From a virus: a stretch of DNA of 64,000 nt. This document shows positions 10,053 through 18,923 of the stretch, one piece after another. Where the stretch lies: the IMG/VR virus record IMGVR_UViG_3300008117_000049, positions 32,001-96,000 of that record. One strand, given 5' to 3'. The notes beneath the pieces are model-generated. The model saw nothing but the letters and a program-made list of their open reading frames with translations, was not told where the DNA came from and searched no databases. The first letter of the stretch is position 1. Every line of letters begins with the position of its first letter. A program made the position numbers and the translations under genes.

Positions 10053-10739
10053 TCACGCATTGCCGCCTTCAATTTTGGCAACTCCTAGCGTAGATGTGTC
10101 TTCTCCCGCTGTTGTTGGGATATTGTCTATCAAAACTACCTCTGTTCCAGAAGCACCTGCTTTGATAGCAATTTTTAGTGTCCCAGCATCAGTTCCGTCT
10201 TTTAGGAACTCAATTGAAGAATTGGCTCCTGGCGACGCTGGAGAAGTGTTTTGTTTTTGAAGCGTAAGAGAGTTTCCGCTTATGTTATTAGCGGTTAGAT
10301 TACCGCTTTGGTCGATTCCAGCGACTACAACATTGGCAGACGACATAACCTGAAGAATATTGGCAGTCCCCCCAGCACCCTTGATAATCAAAGTTGCTGC
10401 GTTTGCTGAGCCAGCAACCATAGTCTGAGTTCCAGTAAAAGTTTGAGTAGCACTGAGGAACGGAATTACAGCACTATCTACAGCCAAAGTTCCAGTAGTT
10501 GTGATGGTTCCACCAGTAAGACCAGTGCCACCAATAACGCTAGATACGGTGTTAGCCCAAGTTGTTACATAATTTGTGTTTCCAACTTTGGTAAGAACTT
10601 GACCTTGAGTCCCCCCGACAGCCACTCCTACTGGAGTTACAACAGCATCCCAAGCGGTACCTGTCCACTTCCAAGTACGCTCGCCTACGGAAAATGTATC
10701 ATTTACTGACGGTGAGTTAGGAAAATCTACGGCGGTCAC
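10053..10739 (-). CDS. Virion/tail-associated protein
   Basis: FPNSPSVNDTF..WKWTGTAW N-terminus, GGTQGQVLTK, C-terminal IEGG typical of phage fibres. Confidence 0.7.
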   Translation of the reverse strand: MTAVDFPNSPSVNDTFSVGERTWKWTGTAWDAVVTPVGVAVGGTQGQVLTKVGNTNYVTTWANTVSSVIGGTGLTGGTITTTGTLAVDSAVIPFLSATQTFTGTQTMVAGSANAATLIIKGAGGTANILQVMSSANVVVAGIDQSGNLTANNISGNSLTLQKQNTSPASPGANSSIEFLKDGTDAGTLKIAIKAGASGTEVVLIDNIPTTAGEDTSTLGVAKIEGGNA

Positions 10740-11569
10740 TATGCCACCTGCTGTGCGGTAACAATAAGTGCTGCGGTGGATGGTCTGGTTGGGTTAATGT
10801 CTGATGGGTAGGACTCTAGGCTTACCGTTGTATTAGTCGCTGACCACATAATTTCTAAATACTGACCTGCTGTAAATTGAAGAAAGTAATTCCAACCGAC
10901 AATCATGTGTGCTTGTGAACCCGGACTATTGTCTTTTCTTGCTGGAATAGAGACAAATCCTGTAGAGCCAGCAACATTTGTACCATTTATACGAAGCCAA
11001 ACATAGATGTTTTCTAAAGAGTTAGATGTATTTTGGAATTGCCCAGACCACTGAATGTTGTACAACCCTGCGGTTGGAAAATAAATTCTGCTTGTGTTTG
11101 AAAAGTAGACATCTCCAGAAAAATCTATTGTGTCCCAAGGCATAGCGTAAGCGACAGTAGTGTCAGTAATTTCTTGTCTACCTAAATATTGAAACCCGCC
11201 ATATTTTCCAGCAAGCGTTCCTGTTGCCCCAGCAGGACCTGTAGCACCTGTCGCTCCAGCAGGACCCGCATAACTTGTTGAGGTCTCTACCCAATAGCCG
11301 TCATAGTAAAAGTAAAGTTGTGCCGTGTCTGAACGAAACCATAGGTCGCCTTGAACCACATTTGCCGTAGGTGCGGTCTCTGAGATTGTGTATTGGCCAG
11401 ACTCGCCTTGAGGTCCAGCAGGTCCTTGAGGTCCAGTGGGACCTGTTGCTCCTTGAGGTCCCCAGCCAGTAATTTTTACTTGATTATTGACTTCTTGAAC
11501 AATAACTTTGTTATTGTCTCTGGCGTTTATCTTTACTAAGGGTCTCTCGTCGTTGATTTCAACTGCCAT
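10739..11569 (-). CDS. Collagen-repeat tail protein
   Basis: Gly-X-Y repeats; GDLWFRSDT motif; C1q-like C-terminal beta domain. Confidence 0.75.
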   Translation of the reverse strand: MAVEINDERPLVKINARDNNKVIVQEVNNQVKITGWGPQGATGPTGPQGPAGPQGESGQYTISETAPTANVVQGDLWFRSDTAQLYFYYDGYWVETSTSYAGPAGATGATGPAGATGTLAGKYGGFQYLGRQEITDTTVAYAMPWDTIDFSGDVYFSNTSRIYFPTAGLYNIQWSGQFQNTSNSLENIYVWLRINGTNVAGSTGFVSIPARKDNSPGSQAHMIVGWNYFLQFTAGQYLEIMWSATNTTVSLESYPSDINPTRPSTAALIVTAQQVA

Positions 11570-11937
11570 TAGCGAGTCACCTCGGCTGAAACCTTGAAGT
11601 TGCCTTCAAGTAATCTAGTTACCACTCCACCGCCAGACACCAACTCTAGGTCGTAGACATACTGACCTGCGGTTAGGGCCGCTGTGTTAGTGGCTGAAAT
11701 TAGTAAATCTACTGTCCCTGCGGTTCCACCTAAAGTAATAGTCCCAGTATTACCAGCGGTGGTGGATAGGGTGGCAATTATGGTGTTGGAAGTTACATCT
11801 GACCTGACTTGCATACGGGCTGTATAGCCAGTCAAGTTATACGCGTCTCTTGCTGAGTCAGTCCAAGTAACTTGACGCTGAAAGGTAGCACCTTGCTGGC
11901 AGGTGATGTTGTAAAGTCCAGCAATTCCACAGGTCAT
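11569..11937 (-). CDS. Baseplate/fibre adaptor-like virion protein
   Basis: QGATF, NLTGYTARMQVR, YVYDLEL, RLLEG motifs common in phage fibre adaptors. Confidence 0.65.
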   Translation of the reverse strand: MTCGIAGLYNITCQQGATFQRQVTWTDSARDAYNLTGYTARMQVRSDVTSNTIIATLSTTAGNTGTITLGGTAGTVDLLISATNTAALTAGQYVYDLELVSGGGVVTRLLEGNFKVSAEVTR

Positions 11938-12049
11938 AGAAGCCTCAATCGGGAGAATGTAGTCCTTATTATTTTACAATAAAACGAATTGTATGACTTT
12001 TAGACAAGACCAAATCAACCAACGGGGTTGGTTTATTTGGCTTTATTGG

Positions 12050-12253
12050 TTAGCGAAGTAGCAGTTTGGCACTTTCGTCAATAACTTCGGTGGCAGAAGG
12101 CTCTATGGCACTTCTGTTTTCGTTCCAATGGTGGAAACAAAATAGCAGGTCACCAGACTCCAAAGCGACATAAACATATGCTTGCGCTCCGCAAGCATCG
12201 CAGCGGTCTTCCGTTGTTATTACATAGTCGGGAACTTCTACTTTTGTGTCCAT
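12050..12253 (-). CDS. Small actinobacterial Zn-binding protein
   Basis: DRCDACGAQAYV...LLFCFHH; ATG at 12253 is 6 nt below TATAAT. Confidence 0.65.
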   Translation of the reverse strand: MDTKVEVPDYVITTEDRCDACGAQAYVYVALESGDLLFCFHHWNENRSAIEPSATEVIDESAKLLLR

Positions 12254-12279
12254 AATGAAATTATAAGGTAAAATAAAAT

Positions 12280-12507
12280 ATGCTTGATTTACTAGAAACC
12301 CCCGAAACCCAAGAAACCGACAACAGCGACTCAAATCACTTTGCTCACTATGCCGAGAAAGTTTCTGTTACAGAGGGCTATGTTTTAGGAACTCCAGTAA
12401 TGGCAATTTGCGGAAAAACCTTTGTGCCGTCAAGGGACCCGGAAAAGTTTCCAGTGTGTCCAGTCTGCAAAGAAATTATGGATTCGCTATTCTTGCCAAA
12501 TGACTAA
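12280..12507 (+). CDS. DUF3039-family protein
   Basis: HFAHY..V.GTPVMAICGKTFVPSRDPEKFPVCPVCKEI. Confidence 0.8.
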   Translation: MLDLLETPETQETDNSDSNHFAHYAEKVSVTEGYVLGTPVMAICGKTFVPSRDPEKFPVCPVCKEIMDSLFLPND

Positions 12508-12573
12508 AACTAGCAAAAACCAGTTCAAGTTATACTTTTAAATCCAACCCCCAACTCTCCCGACAGGTGAATA

Positions 12574-14622
12574 ATGTCTATTTTTTCGTTTCGACTCAGT
12601 GAAGATTTTGTAGAAGAATACCGCTCAAAGCCATCTCCTTTCGGCTACAAAGATGCCGCTGGCAACTCTGTGGGCGAAATTACATTTCTTAGAACATACT
12701 CTCGTCTAAAAGAAAACGGAACCAAGGAAACTTGGACCGATGTGTGTGAGCGTGTTATCAACGGTATGTATTCACTACAAAAGGACTACTGTAAAACTGA
12801 GCGGTTGCCTTGGGATGGTGTAAAGGCTCAGTCGTCTGCTCGTGAAGCATTTGACAGATTGTTCCAATTGAAATGGACACCGCCTGGCCGTGGTCTATGG
12901 GTTATGGGAACTGAGATTGTAAATGGTCAGAAAAACTCCGCTGCCTTACAGAACTGTGCTTTTGTTTCTACTTTAGAAATGACCAAACAGAATCCAGGCA
13001 AGCCATTTGCTTTCTTGATGGAAGCCTCAATGCTAGGCGTGGGCGTGGGCTTTGATGACAAGGGTGCGGACAAGGGATTTGATATTCACGAACCTATTGG
13101 AAAATCTGAAACATACCTTATTCCAGACACCCGTGAGGGTTGGCAGGAAAGTACCGTTGCTCTAATCAACTCATACCTAAAGCCAGAGCAGAGTGCTTTG
13201 GAGTTTGATTACAGCGAGATTAGACCTTACGGAACTCCTATCAAGACTTTTGGTGGTACCGCTTCTGGTCCAGACCCGCTACTAAAACTTCACTCTGGTA
13301 TTCGTAGATTGTTTGATGGTCGTGCTGGTGAAAAACTAACTCGTGTAGATATTGCTGACATTGGAAATATGATTGGCGTTTGTGTAGTTTCTGGAAATGT
13401 TCGTCGTTCTGCTGAACTTCTTATTGGTCGCATTGATGACGACAATTTCTTGAACCTCAAGAACTCTGAGCGTTTCCCCGAAAGAAACTCTTATGACCCT
13501 GAAAATCCAGGCTGGGCTTGGATGTCAAACAACTCAGTTGCCGTTGAAGTTGGAACAGACTTTGACCCAATTGTTGAGGGTATTGCTAGAAATGGTGAGC
13601 CTGGTGTTATCTGGATGGATGTATCTCGTAAATATGGTCGCTTGATTGACCCAATCAATAACAAGGATGCCAAGATTATGGGCTACAACCCTTGTGCTGA
13701 GCAGAGCCTTGAGTCTTATGAAATGTGTACTTTGGTTGAGACCTATCTGAACCGCCACACTGACATTGAAGATTACAAGAGAACTTTGAAGTTTGCGTAT
13801 CTTTATGCCAAGACCGTAACCCTATTGCCAACGCACTGGGAAGAAACCAACGCCATTATGAAGAGAAACAAGCGTATTGGAACTTCTATGTCTGGTATCG
13901 CTAACTTTGCTGACAACCGTGGGTTGCCAACTCTAAAAACTTGGATGAACGATGGCTATTTGACTATTCAGCGTTATGACGAAATTTATTCAGACTGGTT
14001 AGGTGTTCGTGAGTCAATCAAGACAACAACCGTAAAACCATCTGGAACTGTTTCTATTTTGGCTGGAGAAAGTCCCGGCGTTCACTGGACACCGGGCGGT
14101 GAGTATTTCTTGCGTGCTATTCGCTTTGGAAACAATGACCCAATGTTGCCTCTATTCAAGATGGCCAACTACCGCATTGAACCTGCCTCTGAAAGCCCAG
14201 ACACTACTTCGGTTGTGTTTTTCCCAATCAAGTCTGGTGCTAAGCGTGCTGAGCGAGATGTGTCTATTTTTGAAAAGATGAACTTGGCTGTGACTGCTCA
14301 GCGTTATTGGTCAGACAACTCTGTATCAGTAACCGTCTCTTTTGACCCTGAAACTGAAGCAGACAAGATTGGAACTGTGCTTCACATGCACGATGGACAA
14401 TTGAAGACTGTATCGTTCTTGCCTAGTGGAAACTTTGTTTATCCTCAGATGCCGTACACCCAAATTACCAAAGAAGAGTATGAAGAAGCAGTTGGAAACT
14501 TATTCCCAATTGACTTTGCTGGTGTCTATGCTGGTATGGCTTCGGATGCCATTGGCGACGCTTATTGTACGACAGACGCTTGTGAGATAAAACTTATTAC
14601 TGAAAACCTAAAGGATAAGTAA
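12574..14622 (+). CDS. nrdJ: Class II (adenosylcobalamin) ribonucleotide reductase, monomeric type
   Basis: RTYSR, PPGRG, NCAF, GNVRRSA, NPCAEQ, TTVKPSGT, C-terminal CTTDAC. Confidence 0.93.
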   Translation: MSIFSFRLSEDFVEEYRSKPSPFGYKDAAGNSVGEITFLRTYSRLKENGTKETWTDVCERVINGMYSLQKDYCKTERLPWDGVKAQSSAREAFDRLFQLKWTPPGRGLWVMGTEIVNGQKNSAALQNCAFVSTLEMTKQNPGKPFAFLMEASMLGVGVGFDDKGADKGFDIHEPIGKSETYLIPDTREGWQESTVALINSYLKPEQSALEFDYSEIRPYGTPIKTFGGTASGPDPLLKLHSGIRRLFDGRAGEKLTRVDIADIGNMIGVCVVSGNVRRSAELLIGRIDDDNFLNLKNSERFPERNSYDPENPGWAWMSNNSVAVEVGTDFDPIVEGIARNGEPGVIWMDVSRKYGRLIDPINNKDAKIMGYNPCAEQSLESYEMCTLVETYLNRHTDIEDYKRTLKFAYLYAKTVTLLPTHWEETNAIMKRNKRIGTSMSGIANFADNRGLPTLKTWMNDGYLTIQRYDEIYSDWLGVRESIKTTTVKPSGTVSILAGESPGVHWTPGGEYFLRAIRFGNNDPMLPLFKMANYRIEPASESPDTTSVVFFPIKSGAKRAERDVSIFEKMNLAVTAQRYWSDNSVSVTVSFDPETEADKIGTVLHMHDGQLKTVSFLPSGNFVYPQMPYTQITKEEYEEAVGNLFPIDFAGVYAGMASDAIGDAYCTTDACEIKLITENLKDK

Positions 14623-14846
14623 TGGCAAAAGTAATTGTTTACAGCAACCCAAACTGCACTGCTTGTGAGCAGACAAAAAGATTTCTTACTGTAAAGAACA
14701 TTCCTTTTGAGTCAAAGATGATTTCAGATAGCCCTGAAGTTTTTTCTTTGATTGATGAAAAAGGATACAAGTCTGCTCCAGTAGTAGTTGCTGGGGAAAA
14801 CAGTTGGTCTGGGTTTAGATTAGATAAGTTGAGTGAGTTGCTCTAA
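14622..14846 (+). CDS. nrdH: NrdH-like glutaredoxin
   Basis: CTAC, APVV, WSGFRLDK; coupled to nrdJ. Confidence 0.88.
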   Translation: MAKVIVYSNPNCTACEQTKRFLTVKNIPFESKMISDSPEVFSLIDEKGYKSAPVVVAGENSWSGFRLDKLSELL

Positions 14847-15028
14847 TGCCAACTTATGAATATTTTTGCCCTGAGTGTGGGTTAGATTATTCTGAAGAAA
14901 GACCTATTACGGCAGAAGAAAAAGAATTGACTTGCGCTGCTGAAGGTTGCGGTGCTAAACTCAGTAGAAAGTTTGCAACACCACCTATTGTTTTCAAAGG
15001 CACTGGCTTTAGTTCCAATAGGGGATAA
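14846..15028 (+). CDS. FmdB-family zinc-ribbon protein
   Basis: MPTYEYFCPECG...C..CG...FKGTGF. Confidence 0.8.
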   Translation: MPTYEYFCPECGLDYSEERPITAEEKELTCAAEGCGAKLSRKFATPPIVFKGTGFSSNRG

Positions 15029-15035
15029 GGAAAAT

Positions 15036-15347
15036 ATGTCGGAATTTGATTTTGGACTCCCGTTTCTTTCTGAAGAAAAAGGTGCTCCACCTTGTTCCGA
15101 AACTGACCCTGAAGCCTTTTTTCCGCAAGACATAGAAGGAAAAATAACTGCTATTTATTACAACGAGCGCGGGGCTAAGCAGGTTTGTAGTACTTGTGTA
15201 TATAAAATCGATTGTATGATTTTTGCCATAAAAAATGGAGAAGTCGGTATATGGGGCGGTACTACTGACGGACAAAGAAGAAACATTAAAAGAGCGGCTA
15301 AATACAACAAAAAATCTATTGAAGAAATAGCCCTAGAACAAAAGTAG
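15036..15347 (+). CDS. whiB: WhiB-family Fe-S transcription factor
   Basis: C..DPEAFFP, AKQVCSTCVYKIDC, GIWGG; AAGGA RBS before ATG 15036. Confidence 0.9.
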   Translation: MSEFDFGLPFLSEEKGAPPCSETDPEAFFPQDIEGKITAIYYNERGAKQVCSTCVYKIDCMIFAIKNGEVGIWGGTTDGQRRNIKRAAKYNKKSIEEIALEQK

Positions 15348-15407
15348 TAAAATAGTAATAGCCCTTGGGAGAGAGGCAAGTAATCGTATCTACCCAAGGG
15401 AGAAAAT

Positions 15408-15677
15408 GTGAAAGTCGCATCAATCATCTTCAAGAGAACTATCGCTCTTGTAATTTTAAAAGTCAGTGCTGTTTTAGCCGCTGGTTCTATCGGTGGCGTT
15501 GAACTCTGGCAGTCAGCCCTAATCGCCGCTTTTGTTGGAATTATGGAAGTTGCTGAAAGTCTGGCTCGTGCCTATGTCGTTGATGGAAAACTAGACGAAG
15601 ACGAAATAAATGTCGCCTTTGCTAGTTCAGCCGAGGCAGCGTTGGCTGAAACAAAGAAAAGCAAAATTAGCGAGTAG
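15408..15677 (+). CDS. Two-TM holin-like membrane protein
   Basis: Hydrophobic helices plus DGKLDEDEINVAF; paralogue of 28193..28489. Confidence 0.55.
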   Translation: MKVASIIFKRTIALVILKVSAVLAAGSIGGVELWQSALIAAFVGIMEVAESLARAYVVDGKLDEDEINVAFASSAEAALAETKKSKISE

Positions 15678-15790
15678 TTTGTCTTTGCATTTTTACAAAT
15701 GCTTGCTAAACTATTTGCGTCGCAACCGCGACAAACATCTAAGTATAAATAACTTAATATTGTTCACAACAACTGCTTAGGTGTACGACC

Positions 15791-15838
15791 AAAAAAATTC
15801 TCCCCGTCAAGTTAGCGCCTGGCGGGGAGAAGTTTTTA
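15791..15838. terminator. Bidirectional intrinsic terminator
   Basis: A-tract, TTCTCCCCG...CGGGGAGAA stem, T-tract, between convergent genes. Confidence 0.7.
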
Positions 15839-15846
15839 ATTGGTGT

Positions 15847-16317
15847 TTAGTTTTTGATTTTGGTTCTAGCAACTCCGTAATATAGCGGATTTGAGGAACT
15901 TAGACCCAGTGCCTTAGCAATCTTGGTCAGGGAAACTCCGTTGTCTTCATACTCGTGGCGAAGAGCCTCGTGGTAATCTTCAACGCTTTTATCCTTAGCG
16001 GCCTTGATACGCTCTACTGCTTCGGCTAACTGCTCTGGAGTAGCCTTGCTACGAGAACGCTTTGTTGATGGTGCTACATCTGCCGTAGTAACACGACGAC
16101 GGACACCAGCGTAGGTAACGCCAACTGCTTGGGCAATTGCGATAAGCGAGCCACCCTTGTTGTAATACTCAACAAGTAGGCGTGTGTATTCACGACTTGC
16201 GTCGTGCTGTGGCGACTTAGTGTTGCGAGAACCATAAGCCTGTCTTGCCAAAGGCAAGAGTTCAATAAGGCGTGGGGCGTAAGCCTCTACCAGTTCGTTG
16301 TTTCTCATATATACCAT
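15847..16317 (-). CDS. Tandem HTH DNA-binding protein
   Basis: SLIAIAQAVGVTYAGVRRRV and SLTKIAKALGLS; paralogous to 60988..61536. Confidence 0.65.
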   Translation of the reverse strand: MVYMRNNELVEAYAPRLIELLPLARQAYGSRNTKSPQHDASREYTRLLVEYYNKGGSLIAIAQAVGVTYAGVRRRVTTADVAPSTKRSRSKATPEQLAEAVERIKAAKDKSVEDYHEALRHEYEDNGVSLTKIAKALGLSSSNPLYYGVARTKIKN

Positions 16318-16453
16318 CTTCTTTCTATATCTGGGCTTGAAAAACCTTTATACCTGATTATAGACACGCCGTTTATTAGAAAGCAAATTAATACAATAAG
16401 CCCACGGCGAACATGTATGATAGTTTCTATACAAGAAATTACATAAGGAAGTT

Positions 16454-16594
16454 ATGGGAAAAGCAAAGAAATCGGCTCCTTCAACCCCTGCTAAAAAGGG
16501 CGACAATAATGACCGCAACAACGGCAAGGCGTGGAAGAAACGCCCCAAGGTGTTTGACAAAATCAAACGCAAATTAGTAACTAAGGAAAAGTAA
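16454..16594 (+). CDS. 46-aa Lys-rich peptide
   Basis: Hand translation MGKAKKSAPSTPAKKG...; AAGGAAG RBS. Confidence 0.55.
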   Translation: MGKAKKSAPSTPAKKGDNNDRNNGKAWKKRPKVFDKIKRKLVTKEK

Positions 16595-16960
16595 TTGAAA
16601 AAATCAATCGCAATCGCAGGTATAGCCCTGCTTATGGTTGGACTAACTGGATGTGCAGGTAAGTTTGAATTGTTTCAAAAAGCCTACGAAACATGTGGTT
16701 CCCCCGCTGGAATTAGAGTATCCGATGAAGGAAAATCCATCACCATTGATGGCTATGGAGAAGATGACTACTCTGGAGCAGACCTCTACGACACCGTTTG
16801 TGTCCTAGACGCAATCAAGACTCCTGAGTATGTAATCTCAAACATGGAAACTACAAACTCGTTGATGGGTAGACAAAGTGCTACATTTGGTGATAATATA
16901 GATGTATCTTGGTCTTACCACCCAGATAACGGATTAGACATCGTAATCCATAAAAACTAA
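16595..16960 (+). CDS. Lipoprotein
   Basis: Signal peptide with lipobox LTGC. Confidence 0.7.
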   Translation: MKKSIAIAGIALLMVGLTGCAGKFELFQKAYETCGSPAGIRVSDEGKSITIDGYGEDDYSGADLYDTVCVLDAIKTPEYVISNMETTNSLMGRQSATFGDNIDVSWSYHPDNGLDIVIHKN

Positions 16961-16971
16961 ATAAAGCACTA

Positions 16972-17310
16972 GGGGATGACAGGTTTCGACTGGCATCTGA
17001 CATTTGGTGAAGCACGCAGAGACCGCCACGCACTCTTGAAGTGTGGCAAAAACAATAAATGCTGAATCTCGTTCCGCATTCGCTTTAGTAGCGTAAAGAC
17101 TACTTAAGCCCCTAGAAAAGCAGTAGTTCTCGCTGGGCATCTAGGTTTCAAATAAAGAGGACAAACAGCACCACGGTAACAACTCAAACCGTAATTGAGT
17201 TTGACTCAGCGTCTGGTAGGTCAATCGCTGGGAAAACAAGGAAACTACCTAAGCGTGTAGAAGAACAAATTGAATATGTTAGGACAGGGGTTCAATTCCC
17301 CTCATCTCCA
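16972..17310 (+). ncRNA. ssrA: tmRNA; tag (A)AESRSAFALVA at 17061..17096
   Basis: 5' GGGGATGACAGGTTTCGAC; 3' GGGGTTCAATTCCCCTCATCTCCA; G3:U70 alanine pair; ATAAAT GCT resume context; tag ends FALVA-stop. Confidence 0.93.
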
Positions 17311-17363
17311 CGCTTGCAGACAAAGGAGCGTAAAGCGGTCTGCCCTGTAAAGGAATTCTCCAA

Positions 17364-17428
17364 GGACTGGCGTAGCCAAGGGCTACGAGTCAACTCTTGA
17401 AGTTGGTAGTGCGAATCTACACAGTCCA
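17364..17428 (+). ncRNA. Non-canonical tRNA-like RNA
   Basis: GGACTG/CAGTCC acceptor-like stem plus A; three internal hairpins including T-like loop TGCGAAT. Confidence 0.5.
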
Positions 17429-17450
17429 CAAAAATATTTGTGTGTTGCTA

Positions 17451-17480
17451 TTGACACGATTTCCATTTTGTGTATAAGAT
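17451..17480 (+). promoter_or_regulatory. sigmaA-type promoter for ncRNA
   Basis: TTGACA 17451; TATAAG at 17473 or TAAGAT at 17475. Confidence 0.65.
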
Positions 17481-17486
17481 ACTAAT

Positions 17487-17707
17487 AACAAGTTCTCGAC
17501 GGAGAACTTGGAGTATGGCTGAACAACTCCAATCTTCAGATGGGGGAGTAAGGCACTATCGGATACTAGCGTATCGCCTTAGCGGGCAAACGGTAGGTGT
17601 GCTGAAAAGCGGGCTAAGAACCGAACTGAATTGGCACTGGTGGTAAAACGCAATCCACTTACTCACTACAAAAACCCTTTGGGCACCTCTCGCTCAAGGG
17701 GTTTTTG
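17487..17707 (+). ncRNA. Unassigned structured ncRNA ending in terminator
   Basis: Own promoter, multiple stems, terminator AAAAACCCTTTGGGC/GCTCAAGGGGTTTTT; no ORF in the ORF track. Confidence 0.6.
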
Positions 17708-17823
17708 ACTACTAAGATGGTTAGATAAGATGTTGGCGTATAAATTTGTGTTTAGATTTATACGAGCCAAGTGTCCAAAAAACGATACATTATTATATAA
17801 CTTTTGAAGAAAGACTTAGATAA

Positions 17824-18210
17824 ATGACGGATAACTACCAACCACATTTTGATACTGACTTAGAGCGTGGCAAGGTTGGCGAGAACTTACTCAACACCTT
17901 TCTGGCTGATTTGGCTGGAAATAAGTTTGAGGTGAAGACTGACTATCGTGCTTGGGAAACTGGCAACTTTAGACAGCCAGACGCAATTGACAAAAAACAA
18001 TCTGGAATCAATATCACGGAGGCTGAATACTGGTGCTTTGCTGGGCCTAATGGCAACGGCTTTGTAATGATAAAAACTGATGCTTTGAAAGAAATGCTTA
18101 GAGCAACTGACTATCGTGAAGTACACCAACCAATCTCAACACTTGACACAAACGCCAGTATTGGTAGGCTGGTTCCAGTTTTAGATGTATTGAGAAAGAT
18201 AGGGTTGTGA
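17824..18210 (+). CDS. PD-(D/E)xK-like nuclease-fold protein
   Basis: DLERGKVGE, FEVKTD, TGN, SGI..TEAEYW. Confidence 0.55.
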   Translation: MTDNYQPHFDTDLERGKVGENLLNTFLADLAGNKFEVKTDYRAWETGNFRQPDAIDKKQSGINITEAEYWCFAGPNGNGFVMIKTDALKEMLRATDYREVHQPISTLDTNASIGRLVPVLDVLRKIGL

Positions 18211-18803
18211 TGAAAACACTAAAGGGCTACGCTCTGGCTGGTAAAAGCGAGAGCAGAGAGCGTGTAGAAAATGATTTCTATGCAAGAGACCCAAAAGCAC
18301 TAGATATGCTTTTTGCCGCGGAGCCTTTCGGCGACGGCGATTATTTAGAGCCTTGTGCTGGTCAGGGGCACTTGACTAAACGCATCAAAGAACTTGTTCC
18401 AAACGCAAAGGTAGACAGTATTGACATCGTTGATAGGGGGCTTAGTGGGGTTATTGTTGCTGACTTCTTAGAATATGAAACTGAGAAAAGGTATGACTAC
18501 CTAATCACCAATCCGCCTTATTCGCTTGGCAAGGAGTTTGTAGAAAAAGGCCTAACGCTACTAAAAGACGGTGGCAAGATGGCTATGTTTTTAAAGATAC
18601 AGTTTCTAGAGGGCGACAAGCGTAGAGAATTATATAAACAAAATCCGCCCAAATACATCTATGTTTTTACCAAGCGTATGGCTACTTTTAATAATGGAAG
18701 TGAAGTAGATGAAAATGGCAAACGCTGGGCAACCACGATGTGCCACGCTTGGTTTGTGTGGGAAAAGGGATTTACTGGGGAGCCTGTGGTCAGATGGATA
18801 TAG
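18207..18803 (+). CDS. DNA adenine methyltransferase
   Basis: NDFY, LEPCAGQG (motif I), ITNPPY (motif IV), AWFVW. Confidence 0.85.
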   Translation: MMKTLKGYALAGKSESRERVENDFYARDPKALDMLFAAEPFGDGDYLEPCAGQGHLTKRIKELVPNAKVDSIDIVDRGLSGVIVADFLEYETEKRYDYLITNPPYSLGKEFVEKGLTLLKDGGKMAMFLKIQFLEGDKRRELYKQNPPKYIYVFTKRMATFNNGSEVDENGKRWATTMCHAWFVWEKGFTGEPVVRWI

Positions 18804-18923
18804 TCGGTTGGGTGTTGCTTACTTACTTTTTGCTCATTGTATTAGTAAACTTATTCAATATTATTTACATAAAAACCTGTGTTGCCCCAACGCAGAAATC
18901 TATCGATAGAAAGATAAAAAGAA

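Noticed and set aside
12574-14622. Intein/intron in nrdJ (also checked terL and the helicase)
   Set aside because: ORFs are uninterrupted, of normal length, with no intein terminal motifs seen
17180-17200. HspR HAIR operator (ACTCAA-N7-TTGAGT)
   Set aside because: Half-sites are in the wrong order and the palindrome is an internal tmRNA hairpin
17316-17345. SAH riboswitch (AGGAGCG resemblance)
   Set aside because: Remaining conserved elements absent and no downstream SAH-related gene
17364-17428. Canonical tRNA-Gln(TTG) or tRNA-Sec
   Set aside because: 6-bp acceptor, no D-loop GG, C33, no TTC in T loop, no TCA anticodon; reported only as tRNA-like
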